Source of the DNA: Camelus ferus
Lineage: Eukaryota
Assembly (NCBI RefSeq): GCF_009834535.1
Contig: NC_045697.1
Location: 104,906,001 to 104,970,000 of the forward strand
DNA length: 64,000 nucleotides
Direction of reading: 5' to 3'
Under the pieces are notes generated by a model that had not been told where the DNA came from, searched no databases, and saw only the letters and a program-made list of their open reading frames with translations. Below are positions 1 to 10,775 of this stretch, in pieces; position 1 is the stretch's first letter; each line of letters begins with the position of its first letter. A program made the translations under genes and the position numbers.

Positions 1-672
1 AGCAGAGCGAGAGGAGGTGGAACCGTGGTTGTGAGCTCCGTGGTGCCAAGGTGATGGCAGAGCTGGGTTCACGCATGAATGTCTGGGGTAGTCAGGAAAG
101 ATCCATTTTATTGTTTGCGAGTGGAGTTGGGGCATTACAAATGGTTTCCCCTCGCCGCACGCCCCTTCCCCCCAAGTTCATGGTCTGGAGAATGGTGGTA
201 GCCAAGAGCCTGTCAGTTGCAGCTCTAGGTACTTTGTCATGAACTTGAAGCAGGGAACTTCTGCTTCGGCTTTATAACCATGAGGCGGAGAGAAAGCACA
301 GTGCCCGTGGAAGTGAGTGTTGGGCACGGCGCTTTTGGAGTACTGCATGCTTTATAGCATTTTATAAAAATTGTAGTGATTATTGAATTACACTTGATTG
401 CTGCCACTTGCCTTATGGTAAAAGATTATCCAGTAGTTGAAAACGAGGTGAAACACTATTACAGGAGTGATAACTTTAAAAAGTATATCCAGTATGAAAC
501 AGGAATGAGTATTTACTTTCCATTTCAGCCATCTACTTTCATTTCCAGTTTTCTGTGGTTTAGAGTATTCTACCTTTGAACCCCTTGCCAGAAAAGTTCA
601 TTTTTAATACTTTTGATCAGATGTGCAAAATGTGTTTAATTTGAGAAACCACCAGTTTAAGAAGGATTATTA

Positions 673-817
673 TTCTTGAAATTTTATTTATTTATTTTTT
701 TTGTGGGGGGATAGTTAGGTTTACTTATTTATTTTTAGGGGAGGTACTGGGGATTGAACCCAGGACCCTGTATATGCTAAGCATGCGCTCCACCACTTAA
801 GCTGTACCCTTCCCCAC
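673..817 (-). mobile_element. tRNA-Ala-derived SINE (camelid Vic-1-like)
   Basis: Minus strand has an A box (CAGCTTAAGTGG), TTAGCAT loop, B box GGTTCAATCC and A-rich tail. TSD aagaaggattatta (659-672) / aagagggattatta (818-831). Confidence 0.88.
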
Positions 818-1308
818 AAGAGGGATTATTAATGCCTTTTTAACCTAGTATTCTTTCCCAGTGTTGAGAGTTTTCTGGCAGAATCTCTAAATGTCTAAAT
901 AAACTGAACTGAGAAAGACGGACATGTGGCGCTGAGGACCAACACAGGGCTCAATGCAAATACGAAGGAAACGCCCCGAGCGGTTAACAGTGCTGCCTTC
1001 TTGGGAGTGCAGTTTGGATGGGGTGAAAAATGACTTTATGGCTTTACTCTGTCCATGCCTGGGTAACAGGTAAACATGTATCTCTTTGATAAATAAAAAG
1101 TTAATCATCACTACCCGCCTCACGCCCGTTAGGATGGCTACTTTAAAAAAAAGAGAAAAAGAGAAGAAATAACCAGTGTTGGTGAGGATATGGAGAAATT
1201 GGAACCCTACGCACTGTTAGCAGGAACACACAACAGGGCAGCTGCTGTGGAAGCAGTGTGGCAGTTTCTCAAAAACTTACCAATAAAATGACCATTTGAC
1301 CCCCCTCT

Positions 1309-2124
1309 TGTGAGATAGAACTATTTCTCTGTACTCACAGAATACTTCTGTCCTCCAGATGTGTGGGTTTCTCTACACTAAGCAATTCTACAGTTCCCCG
1401 TGGACACCAGGTGTCCTACGATTTAACTCAGTTTTGGCACTAACTAGAGTTAGTGAAGACCCCACAGAGTAAAGGCTCCGTCCCAGAAGACTGCTCCCTC
1501 CCACTTTGGATACCAGTTATAAGACCAGGTTGTCACCTGTGCTTTTGACTGTAAATCAGGTGTTCCTATGACCCTCTCAAGTTTGGTAAATTGCTAGGAT
1601 GTCTCACAGAACTCAGGAAAACAGTTTACTTGCTGTTGCTGATTTATTACAAAGGATGCTTTAATGTAAACAAATGAACAGCCAGATGAAGAGATGGAGA
1701 GGGCAAAGGATGGAGGAAGGGGCTTGGAGCTTCTGTGTCTTCTCTGAGTGCACTGCCTCCCAGCATCTCCATGTGCTCACCAACCTGCAAGCTCTCTGAA
1801 CCCCAGGGATATTTATGGAGGCTTCATTGTGTAGGAACGATTGATGAAGTCATTGAGCATTTGGTGTTTGAAGCTAATCTCCAGCCTGCTCCCCTCCTGG
1901 GAGGTGAATGGGGTGGGGGAGAGTGTAGAGCTGAAATTTCTAATCCTTTAATCGTGGGGTTGGCTCCTCTGGCAGCCAGCCCCCATCCTGAGGCTCTCCA
2001 GGAGCCCCTAGCCCCATTGTCTCATTAGTATATAAATTGATACCATTTCAGAGAGCGTAAGGATTTTAGGAGCTGTGTACCAGGAAGTCAGGTCAGAGAC
2101 CAAACATGTATTTGTTATGTCACA
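1309..2124 (-). mobile_element. LTR, MER21-like (ERVL group), nested in L1
   Basis: TG...CA ends; clearly homologous to 42442-43349 (aatacttc...tgtgtggg, ctcacagaactcaggaaa, ttttaggagct...agagacca). Confidence 0.75.
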
Positions 2125-2147
2125 TCCAAAAGTTCCACTTCTGGGTA

Positions 2148-2525
2148 TGTGAATGAACAATATTGCCTGCCATATCAGTAAACAAAGGATGCTGTGGCCA
2201 TCAAGTCATCATCCGCTACCGCCACCCCTGATGGTGAGCAGAGGGAGCTCAGGATGAGAAAGACGCAGGATACTGGCCCTGGATAGCTAAGGTGCATATG
2301 AAAGGAATGATTTCAGTGAGCTCAGACTTTTGTAATCTTTTGATGTTCTGACTACCTGGTCTTTATTGCAAAAACTCAAATATATCCTGGCTCCTCCCTT
2401 GCCTTTTTGGAGCAGTCCCACAGCACTATCTGAGAGGCTGCCTCCCAGGCTCGAGTACTCACAAAGGCCGCCGAATAAAACATAACTCTCAACTTTGAGG
2501 TTGTACATATTTTTTTCAGTCAACA
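2148..2525 (+). mobile_element. Solo LTR, ERV1 class (family tentative, MER41-like), nested in L1
   Basis: TG...CA termini, exact 4-bp TSD GGTA (2144-2147 / 2526-2529), TATA-like aatatatcc and AATAAA near 2474. Confidence 0.85.
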
Positions 2526-3128
2526 GGTATATGCCCAAAAGAATTGTAAGCCAGGTCTTGAGGAGGTATTCATACACCTATGTTAGTAGCATTGTTTATG
2601 GTAATCAAAAAGTAGAAATCACCCAAGTGTCCATTGATGGATGAATGGATAAACTTAATGTGGTGTATACATACAATGAATACCATTCAGCCTTGGAAAG
2701 GAAAGGAGTTCTGACGCACGCTGTAACATGGATGAAAGTGGAGGGGATTATACCAAGTGAAGTAAACCAGTCTCAGAAGGACAAGTGCTGTAATAGTTAG
2801 CTAGGGCAATCAAATTCCTAGAGACAGAAAGTAAGAGGTGGTTGTCAGGGGCTGGGAGGAGGGGAAACAGTTGTTGTTCATTGGATATGAGAGTTTCAGT
2901 TTTAGAAGAGGAAGCGTTCTGGAGGTTGGTTGCCCAATGGAATGACAGTATTCGATACTGCTGAACTGTGTAGTTCAAAATGGTGACAGTGGTAAACTTT
3001 GTCCTGTGTATTTTATCACAATTAAAAATTTAAAGCAAGCAACTTAATTACCACCATAAAACATGAGAGAGAAAAGGTTTGTTTTCAGCAACCAAGGGGT
3101 AACTTGATCTGTTCCTGGTGTCTTTCAG

Positions 3129-3210
3129 GCCCGGTGTTTCCTTGACCATGCAGGCGTTCTCCGAGGAGGAACGGAAGCAGTGGTTGGAAGCTCTGGGTGG
3201 AAAAGAAGCT
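3129..3210 (+). CDS. ARHGAP10: ARHGAP10 coding exon (probably exon 11), 82 nt, C-terminal PH domain
   Basis: Acceptor tctttcag|G, donor GCT|gtaaga; encodes (R)PGVSLTMQAFSEEERKQWLEALGGKEA, including the PH-helix Trp; phase 2 to 0. Confidence 0.95.
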
Positions 3211-5147
3211 GTAAGAATAACTGATGGTTGAGTTTTCCTTCAGATCCTTTAGAGTGGACTTGTGTTCATTTTCCTGTTATTTTTGCTTTATAGTAGTTGA
3301 AAAAAATTCCCTGCTAAAGCTGGTGTCTGAATTCCTCTTGGAAGCATCCAATATCCTAGTAATTTGGCTTGAGGTCTCAGCGGCACATGGAAGGCTGCTG
3401 TATCGTTAGTTTTTATTTTTGATTTCTCTTGACTTCACCGCTTTGATTTGCTTTGCTTGAGGAAGTCATCCACATTCTCAATTTCTTCCTTCCTACCTGA
3501 CAGTACTTTGGGTGATGAAGGCAGTAAATGCTTGTAGTTCGTTTTGATTCTCAGAGGAGATGGAGCCGTACCTATGAGGCTGTGCTGGTGGTGTTACACG
3601 TGACTGCTGTACTAATGTTGTTTGATTGAACAATTTATGGTTTAGCCTCATGGCTCGCTGTCTGCAGTATTATGTAGCCTTCGTGAATGGGCCTCTGTCT
3701 TCTGACTGGTTTGAGGAATAAATTAAAGGCAATGATGGAGACCCAGAGGCAGTCTGTTTGCCACTTTATAAACTGCTTTCGTTTCAGTGGACCGGTGGCA
3801 TCTGGGAGTTGAGAATTTGGCAGATCACGTATTGAATGGGGAGCTTAGTGAGGATAATTATAGAAAACACCTTTTTAAACCAATTTAAATAAACTCTGCT
3901 TGAAGTATTATGACTCTAAGTAAACAGCCAGTGCAGGTACCAGGTGGGCTCATCTGGAAAGCATTTGCCATTTTAGCCGGATTTAAAGAGAGGGAAAGAG
4001 TATGGTTTGCGAAATAGAAGAGGGGTCATATATAGTTTACAAGAAAAAAAAAAAGGAGGTGGGGAGGTGTCAGAACTGAGCTTAAGAAACGGGCAAAAGA
4101 TAATGTTATCTGGTGGTAATGGGGAGGACACTGAGAATAGAGGGAATAGGGCACAGGGGCTGGGCAGCAGCCTTGGTGTTGTGTTTGACAAATGGAAGCC
4201 CAAGTTACATTCTCCTATATAGGATCTATTTTTAAAATATGTATCATCCTTGGAGGAAGAAAGCAGTGATCAGATTTGTGTATCACTTTATTATACTCTA
4301 TCTACGTTTAGTCTCTGTGGTTTTAGTGCTGTCTCTTTATTCTTAATTTGTCCTTGAAATTTTTAGCTGAGAGTCAAGAGGATTTACAGCATTGATAGTT
4401 GCTGAGATCCAGAACAGGTTATCCTAATCCTCTCCAGCAAAGGCAATGCACTGATCAGGACTTATCCCCCCAGAGATGCAAGAATGGCTTTGGAAAGTTG
4501 AGTTTGCATACCTGCAGAGCAAAATGACCACGTGACTAAGTCATGTAGCCATAAGTCTGTTGCCAAAGGCAATGTAACCTTGAAGACATACAAACCTCTC
4601 CTTTAGAGTAAAAAGCCAAGTAATTAATTTGCAATATACAAAAGCAAGTCTGCAGAAAGAAAATATTCAGCTATGTGTTTATGTGGGGACTCTTAAGGTA
4701 CCATGTATTTTTTCCAATTGATTATGTAGCTTGCAAATAATGGGGCAGTGCTAGAATTCTAAGAGGCAGCCCGGAATCACCTCAGGGTTTCAGATGTGGT
4801 CATTCAGATTATGGGCAGAAGTCACGTCTTTCTTAAGGAAATACTAGATTTTAGAAATAGTGGCGAAAAAATTGGGCTTCACCGTATTGGTTAGAATGCA
4901 ATCTGAGCATTTCAAATTTACCTTTCAGTCCTAACCCCTTTTCATCTTATTTTGGCTACTTTGGCATGCCTCCACAAGAGACAAAGTAGACTCGGAGTGC
5001 TCCTTTTTGTTACCTGTCTTTGCATCTGAGCACATGAAATGGCTTAACCAATGTCAGTGTATTTTTTGTACAGTCCTAGGTATGTCTACTAGAACCATTT
5101 TTACTGATTTGCTAAAAATGCTGTTTCCCTTTTTTCTCTTTTACTAG

Positions 5148-5193
5148 GTGTTCTATAGTTTTAATAGAGCCATCATCCCAAGACCAGAAGGAA
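5148..5193 (+). CDS. ARHGAP10: ARHGAP10 coding exon (probably exon 12), 46 nt, PH-GAP linker
   Basis: Long polypyrimidine tract plus tag|GTG, donor GAA|gtaagt; encodes VFYSFNRAIIPRPEG; phase 0 to 1. Confidence 0.92.
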
Positions 5194-6014
5194 GTAAGTG
5201 CTAGTTGATTGAAATTGACTGTTGTCTCCCTTTCCCACGAACTACTGTTTTTATTTCTGATGTCAGCCTGTCGCTCTGCACCGTACGCTAGTTCTCTAAG
5301 TAGTAGATGTGTTCTGTCTTATCCACTGAGAACTTCCTCTAGTTCCCCTCAACTGCTGGGACCTTCATTGATCTGTCCCAGCTCTGAGCCTTCCCCCTGC
5401 CCCCATAGTCTTTCTCTATAAAAAACAAAATGCCTTTTCTATAGTTCACTTTAGTATTATTCTTACAGCCACAAATGAACACATACGAGTTTCAGGAATG
5501 CAACTTTCAACTTCCTAAGGTTTGAACTCCTGTGGGTAGGAACTGTTAATCAGGTCGCCTGTTCCCAACCCCCCTTACCTCTGCCCTGATGTCCTTTATC
5601 CTTAACGTCTTTGGAGTACAGGCTGCACCAATGGTACCGCATTGCACCGTAGAAAATAACACGCAACAGCAGCCAGGCGCCTTCAGATATTCTGGGACAG
5701 TGCTTGTCACCTGGCGTTGATGTGAAGTACTACCTAGCTCTGCACTTTGACTGATTTTTACTGAGATGAAATGAAAATGTGATCAAATTTGCTGGATTGT
5801 TTACAAATCTACTTTTAATGGCTTTGGAGGAATTAAGCTCTGTTTGTCAGATGCCCACAGTTTGGAAACATGGTTACATAACACATGATTTCAAAATGAT
5901 CACAATGTGTGTGTCACTTGAGCCAACCCTGGAATGGAGGATGTCTCCTCTAGCCCGGCCCTGGAAATTGACCAGATGCCACGGGAAGTTGTCCGTCTAC
6001 AGAAGCACCTGCCT

Positions 6015-6132
6015 GACCTTTCCCCTCTTGTCTTTCTCTTCTTCCTTTTTCCTTTTCTTTCGCTTTCTTCTTTTCCTTTTCCCCTCTTTTTCTCCTTTTC
6101 TTCTTCTCCCTTCCCTTTTTTTTCTTGTTTTT
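6015..6132. repeat. CT-rich low-complexity polypyrimidine tract
   Basis: About 115 nt almost entirely C/T; explains three spurious ORFs at 5779-6170. Confidence 0.9.
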
Positions 6133-7134
6133 ATAGAGATATGAAGTCATGCCATGTTTTAGAAAAGTAGTTTTGTGAAGCAGAAAGAAACGCTTGCATT
6201 TTATAAAACATTGTGAATAGTGGACCCTTAAAAAGTAAACCGCAGCCCAGTTTTTTTTTTTATTAATATACTCTTCAAGCTCAGCTTTAAGTCTGTAAAG
6301 TTTATGTTCATGAATTGTTCATGCTCTCCCCGCTGAGAACCAAGAGTTACTATTACTGCTCCTTAAATACAGAATGAAGCATTCACCTTCCCTGATTTCA
6401 GTTTTGCAAGAAGAGTTGCCTTGTATTAGGATACTCAAATAGGTCAAATTTGACTAATTATGGTCAAATGTCTATGTCAGAAAAAATATATAAAATTATA
6501 TTTTCAAAATAATTTTTTTTGCTACATGAATCTGTAATAAATTCATTAGGAATAATAAAATACTATTTTAAACACTTAGAGCATGGTGTAAAATATGAAA
6601 AAAATTTCAAGCTCGTGGCCCAAATATTATTTTTTAAGATTTCTTAACTTTTTTTTCTCTAGGTTTTTTCTCTAGGTTTAAAAAAAAGGTTCGTCATTTC
6701 TTTAGCTGTTAATTAATTTAAGAACTTTCACTCATATATATAATTAAGAAAAAACTTAGCTGTTGTTGGAATTTGGGCAAAATGTTAACTATTTTTAGAT
6801 AGCTTCCCCTAAAGACTTGTATCACTTTCTTTCCATTATTTAAAATATCATATTTATTAACTTAAAAGTTATGTTAAATTATTAATTTATTTATAAATAC
6901 TGGTAATAGATGTCCAGATATTCCAGTAGATGCTCCTCTTAATATAGGAAATTCTCATTTATGTTATTTAAACAGGGAATATCTGGCCTTTAGTTTTCTC
7001 TCTTCTTTTTTTTTTTTTTTAAAGAGTGAAATAAAAATTAGATTGGACTTAAGTAATATTGTCCTATTTTTTAAGGGAGAGAATTATGGGTAATTAGTTA
7101 TGCCTTTAATATTTTATAACTGTATTTCTTTCAG

Positions 7135-7200
7135 GTGCACAGTTGGATAAAATGGGATTCACAATTCTTAGAAAATGCATCAGTGCAGTTGAAGCACGAG
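7135..7200 (+). CDS. ARHGAP10: ARHGAP10 coding exon (probably exon 13), 66 nt, start of RhoGAP domain
   Basis: Acceptor ttctttcag|GT, donor GAG|gtaaca; encodes (S)AQLDKMGFTILRKCISAVEAR; phase 1 to 1. Confidence 0.95.
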
Positions 7201-7524
7201 GTAACATGATTGAATCATTTTATTCATGACAGGCGATAGGTATGTAAAATCTAAGGGTCATTTAGAATGTTTATTGCATGGTCAAGTTTGTAGAATAAAA
7301 TACGTTAATGCAAAATGCACATTCTAGAGATTCAGTTGTTCATTTACTCTGACAGGATGGGGTTTTCCTTTTTATTTGCATGTTTCTCCCTTGCACTGAA
7401 ATGTGAAGTCAGTGCTCAGATGAGAATCATGAGAAGAATCAGCAGTGTTGGACGACCAATCTTAATCACTTCTTGTTCACACGCTAGTAAGATATTTCCG
7501 TCTTCCATTGTCCTGTTGGCTTCC

Positions 7525-8252
7525 TGTTTAAAAATCAGCATTATTGAGATGTAATTTACATATGGTGAAGTTTGCTGATTTTAACTGTACAGATTGATGA
7601 GTTTTGACAAGTGGTATAGTTGTGACTGCCACCACAGCCATCGGAGATTTCTGTCACCTGCTTCCCCTCCCCCAATTCCTTTGTGCCCCTTTGCAGTCAG
7701 TCTCCTTTCCCAACTTCGTCCTTGGCAACTCTTGAGCTGCTTTTCATCACATTAGCTCTGTCTTCCCTGCCCCTCCCCCCAGCATTTTAAATGAAAGGAA
7801 TTATGCAGAATTAGACTTTTGAGTCTGGCCTCTTTATTATGCTTTTTTTATGGGTATTTATTTTTATTGAAGTATAGTCAGTTTACAATGTTGTGCCAAT
7901 TTCTGGTGTACAGCACAATGCTTCAGTCATATAGGAACATACACATACTCGTTTTCATCTTCTTTTTCACCATGTTACTATAAGATGTTGAATATAGTTC
8001 CCTGTGCTATACAGTATAAACTTGTTATTTATCTATTTTGTATGTAGTAGTTAGTATCTGCAAATCTCAAACTCCCAGTTTATCCCTTCCCCCCACTTCC
8101 CTGAGCATAAGGCTTTTGAGACTCATCTTGTTGCATATATCCTTAGCTCTTTTTTTTTTTTTTTTTTTTGCTAGGTGGTGTTTCATTATATGGATATACT
8201 GCACTTTGTTTATTCATCTGCCTGTTGATAATATTTGGATTGTTTCCATTTT
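7525..8252 (-). mobile_element. Old L1 3' region (L1M-like), interrupted by a younger L1 fragment
   Basis: tttaaaaatcagcattattgagatgtaatttacata...gatgagttttgacaag, resuming after 8100 with gcttttgagactcatc...ggatatactgcactttgtttattcatc. Confidence 0.75.
7845..8100 (-). mobile_element. Younger lineage-specific L1 3' end (5'-truncated)
   Basis: T-rich tail then ttgaagtatagtcagtttacaatgttgtgccaatttctggtgtacagc...; reverse complement of 22860-23095. Confidence 0.88.
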
Positions 8253-9460
8253 AATTGAAGGAAAGATAGTCTCTACCCGTTGTTCTCCTGACCAAAAGCT
8301 CTTTTCTTTAGTATCCCTAAGGAAAACCAGGCCCCTGGTGCTTTTACAGCCATGCCAGCAGACTGCAGAGAAACTAAATATTGAACATTACAAAACAGGC
8401 TCTTTCTGGAGGTTGGAGTTCTCTTTGTTTACAGCCTAGTGAAGTATGGATAAATTGAATTTTTAATTCACTCTCATCTATTGTATCTCTCAGCCCTACT
8501 CTGGATGACTTAGCGGGGTGAAGCATTGCAATTGTGTTTTCTGTCAAAACAGGGTCTTTGTTATAAAGCCAGGACTGCCACCTGTGAAATTAGAGGGATG
8601 GATAACAGATGAATATGAGCTGTTTTATGATTTGGGGGTTTGCCCATCGGTAATAAAAACCCAAGCCACAGAAAGCTTTTCTCCCGTTTTCTCTTACAGT
8701 GGTAATTCAGGCGGTGACGGATTTTCATTCATTTCAACTACACTGAGGTTGAGCTGACAAATTTCTTCTTTTTCCTAGTGCTTCAAAAATGTCCAGAGTT
8801 GAGGAAAAAAGTACTGTGGTTTTTGTATCCCTCACTTCATCATTCATGTTTCTCTTTTCCCCAAGCTTCTTAAGAACCTTAATTGTATCGCTTGCATGCT
8901 TGTTATTTTGGTAAATAAAATCCTTTCCCCAAAGGGTATAATTTATACATACTTCTGCCTGAGCAGATAAGAATCTATCTAGAATGCTTTTTGATTGGTA
9001 CATGTAGTTTTATGGAGTGTTGTGTACATTGAATGGAATATGTGTAGTAGGATCTGCATATGTTGAACGTGTTTTCACTGTAAATAAATAAATTGTTGGA
9101 GGTTTTTAACGGAAGACCGAGTCTACACATTTTAAGTTGGATTTTCCCATTTGAAAATTAAAAAAGAAATGTTTATGTTTGTTCCTTTCAAATCTTTTGT
9201 TCCTGAAGGTCTTCCATTACTAAAGCCTTTTGTCTTTAATGGAGTAGGAGACTAAAAATAGAGTTAAAAGAATCGACTGTCAGGTCACGTTAGTCAATAT
9301 CACAGGGAACTTTGTAGACTCTCTGAGGCTTTTATGATAAATTTGGAGGTTCCCTCAGGCAATATTGCTCTGAATGATTTCCCCCAAATCAGCTATCACT
9401 GCTGCTGATCTTTTTTTTTTTTTAAATGCTACAGACGTTGTTGGCTCACGTAGTTTTTTC

Positions 9461-9812
9461 ATCAGTCAGGATAAAAGCTAGTTTATGTTCGTATTACGGG
9501 AAATCTGAAATTCTCTGTAGCTTAAAACAACAAGACTTACTTCTCACTGAGGTGTTGCTAGGGGGCTTTGCCCATCGCTGGATACCTGGGCTCCCGGGTT
9601 CTTGCCTGCCTTGCCGGAGGGCAGCAGCTCTGGGGGGCTTTGGACTTGCAAATGGGTGCTCTGGTCTTGAAGTGAGTTTCATTTGCTCACAGCTGATTGG
9701 TCAGAAAGAGCCACGTAGCCCCACTCAGCCCCAAAGAGTCTACATAGCACAGAGGGCACGCAGAGGGCGAGAACTAATGCTATTGGTGAATAGCATCAGT
9801 GACTGCTGCCTG
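9461..9812 (-). mobile_element. MaLR LTR (MLT1J/K-like)
   Basis: atcagtcaggataa...gtagcttaaaacaacaagacttacttctcac...gctcacagctgattggtcagaa...tattggtgaatagca resembles old MLT1 LTRs. Confidence 0.65.
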
Positions 9813-10075
9813 TGATTCCTGGGTCTACATGCCTCGTGTCCAGAGGCATCTGATGAGATCTGATTGAAGAATTATTTCTAATCACTTTTTTCCCAGCATT
9901 CTAACCATGACTCTCACTGTCTGTAAACTACCATTTCACATGTTTCTGTTAAAAGTTAGTGCAACTTTTACCTAGCCATGTTCCTTTAAAAAATGACATT
10001 TGGTATTTTTATCAGCTTTATTTGTGACATCACTTTAGTATTTGCCAAGTATCAGACAAGTGTCTAACATTTACT

Positions 10076-10202
10076 TTTTTTATTTTTAATTTTTTTTTGT
10101 TGAAGTATAGTCAGTTTACAATGTTGTGTCAATTTCTGGTGTACAGCACAATGTTTCAGTCATACATGAACATACATATATTCATTTTTTAATTTTTTAT
10201 TT
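10076..10202 (-). mobile_element. Younger L1 3' end fragment
   Basis: Same 3' terminus as 7845-8100; TSD tgtctaacatttact (10061-10075) / tgtctaccgtttact (10203-10217). Confidence 0.85.
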
Positions 10203-10604
10203 TGTCTACCGTTTACTATAGCCCTCAGGACCCTGAGAAAAGGTAACATTTTTGGTATATGCACATACAAATGCAGATAACACGTATAATATATGATGCA
10301 TATATAATACATAACATAATGATGTATACTGCCGTGCATGGGACTGTTAGCGGTTTCTGTACTTTTGGCATCAGAACAAACCCCATGTCACTGCAGTATC
10401 AGCATTGATTACAGATCATACTCTTCCTGTCCTTAGAGTTGTTTGTTCATGAAGTTACAGCACACACGAGAGTCAGATCAACTGATCTTTCATCCGTTTA
10501 CCAAGGATTTGTTAATGATGTGTACCAGCTCTTAACAGATGCAGGCTGTCTGAGCACCACTAGGAAAGTACTTCTGATGTTCCCAGGCGGAAGGACTTCC
10601 GAAA

Positions 10605-10775
10605 GCAGCAGCTCTCAGACAGGGCTGCGCAGTGAAATCCCCTGGGATTGTTAAGCAGGGCTGATGCCTAACTCCCACCCCCAGCCAGTCGGATGTCATT
10701 GCTGGTGGGTGTGAGCTAGAAAGCCGGATTTTCAGTGCTCCCCAGGTGATAATGTAGTAAAGTTTAGGCACTGCC
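10605..10775. mobile_element. MER5-like hAT-Charlie non-autonomous DNA transposon
   Basis: cagcagctctcagac...aaatcccctggga...gctccccaggtgat...aaagtttaggcactg architecture. Confidence 0.65.

Larger units (their letters stand above)
1108..3032 (+). mobile_element. Old L1 (L1MB-like) ORF2 end and 3' UTR, interrupted by two LTRs
   Basis: L1 motifs at 1108-1300 (aaccagtgttggtgaggatatggagaaattggaaccct) and 2130-2147 (ttccacttctgggta), continuing at 2526-3032 (aagtgtccattgatggatgaatggata ... tatcacaattaaaaa). Confidence 0.85.

Noticed and set aside
5779..6170. Phe/Leu/Ser-rich and Lys/Arg/Glu-rich ORFs on both strands
   Set aside because: Artefacts of the CT-rich low-complexity tract.
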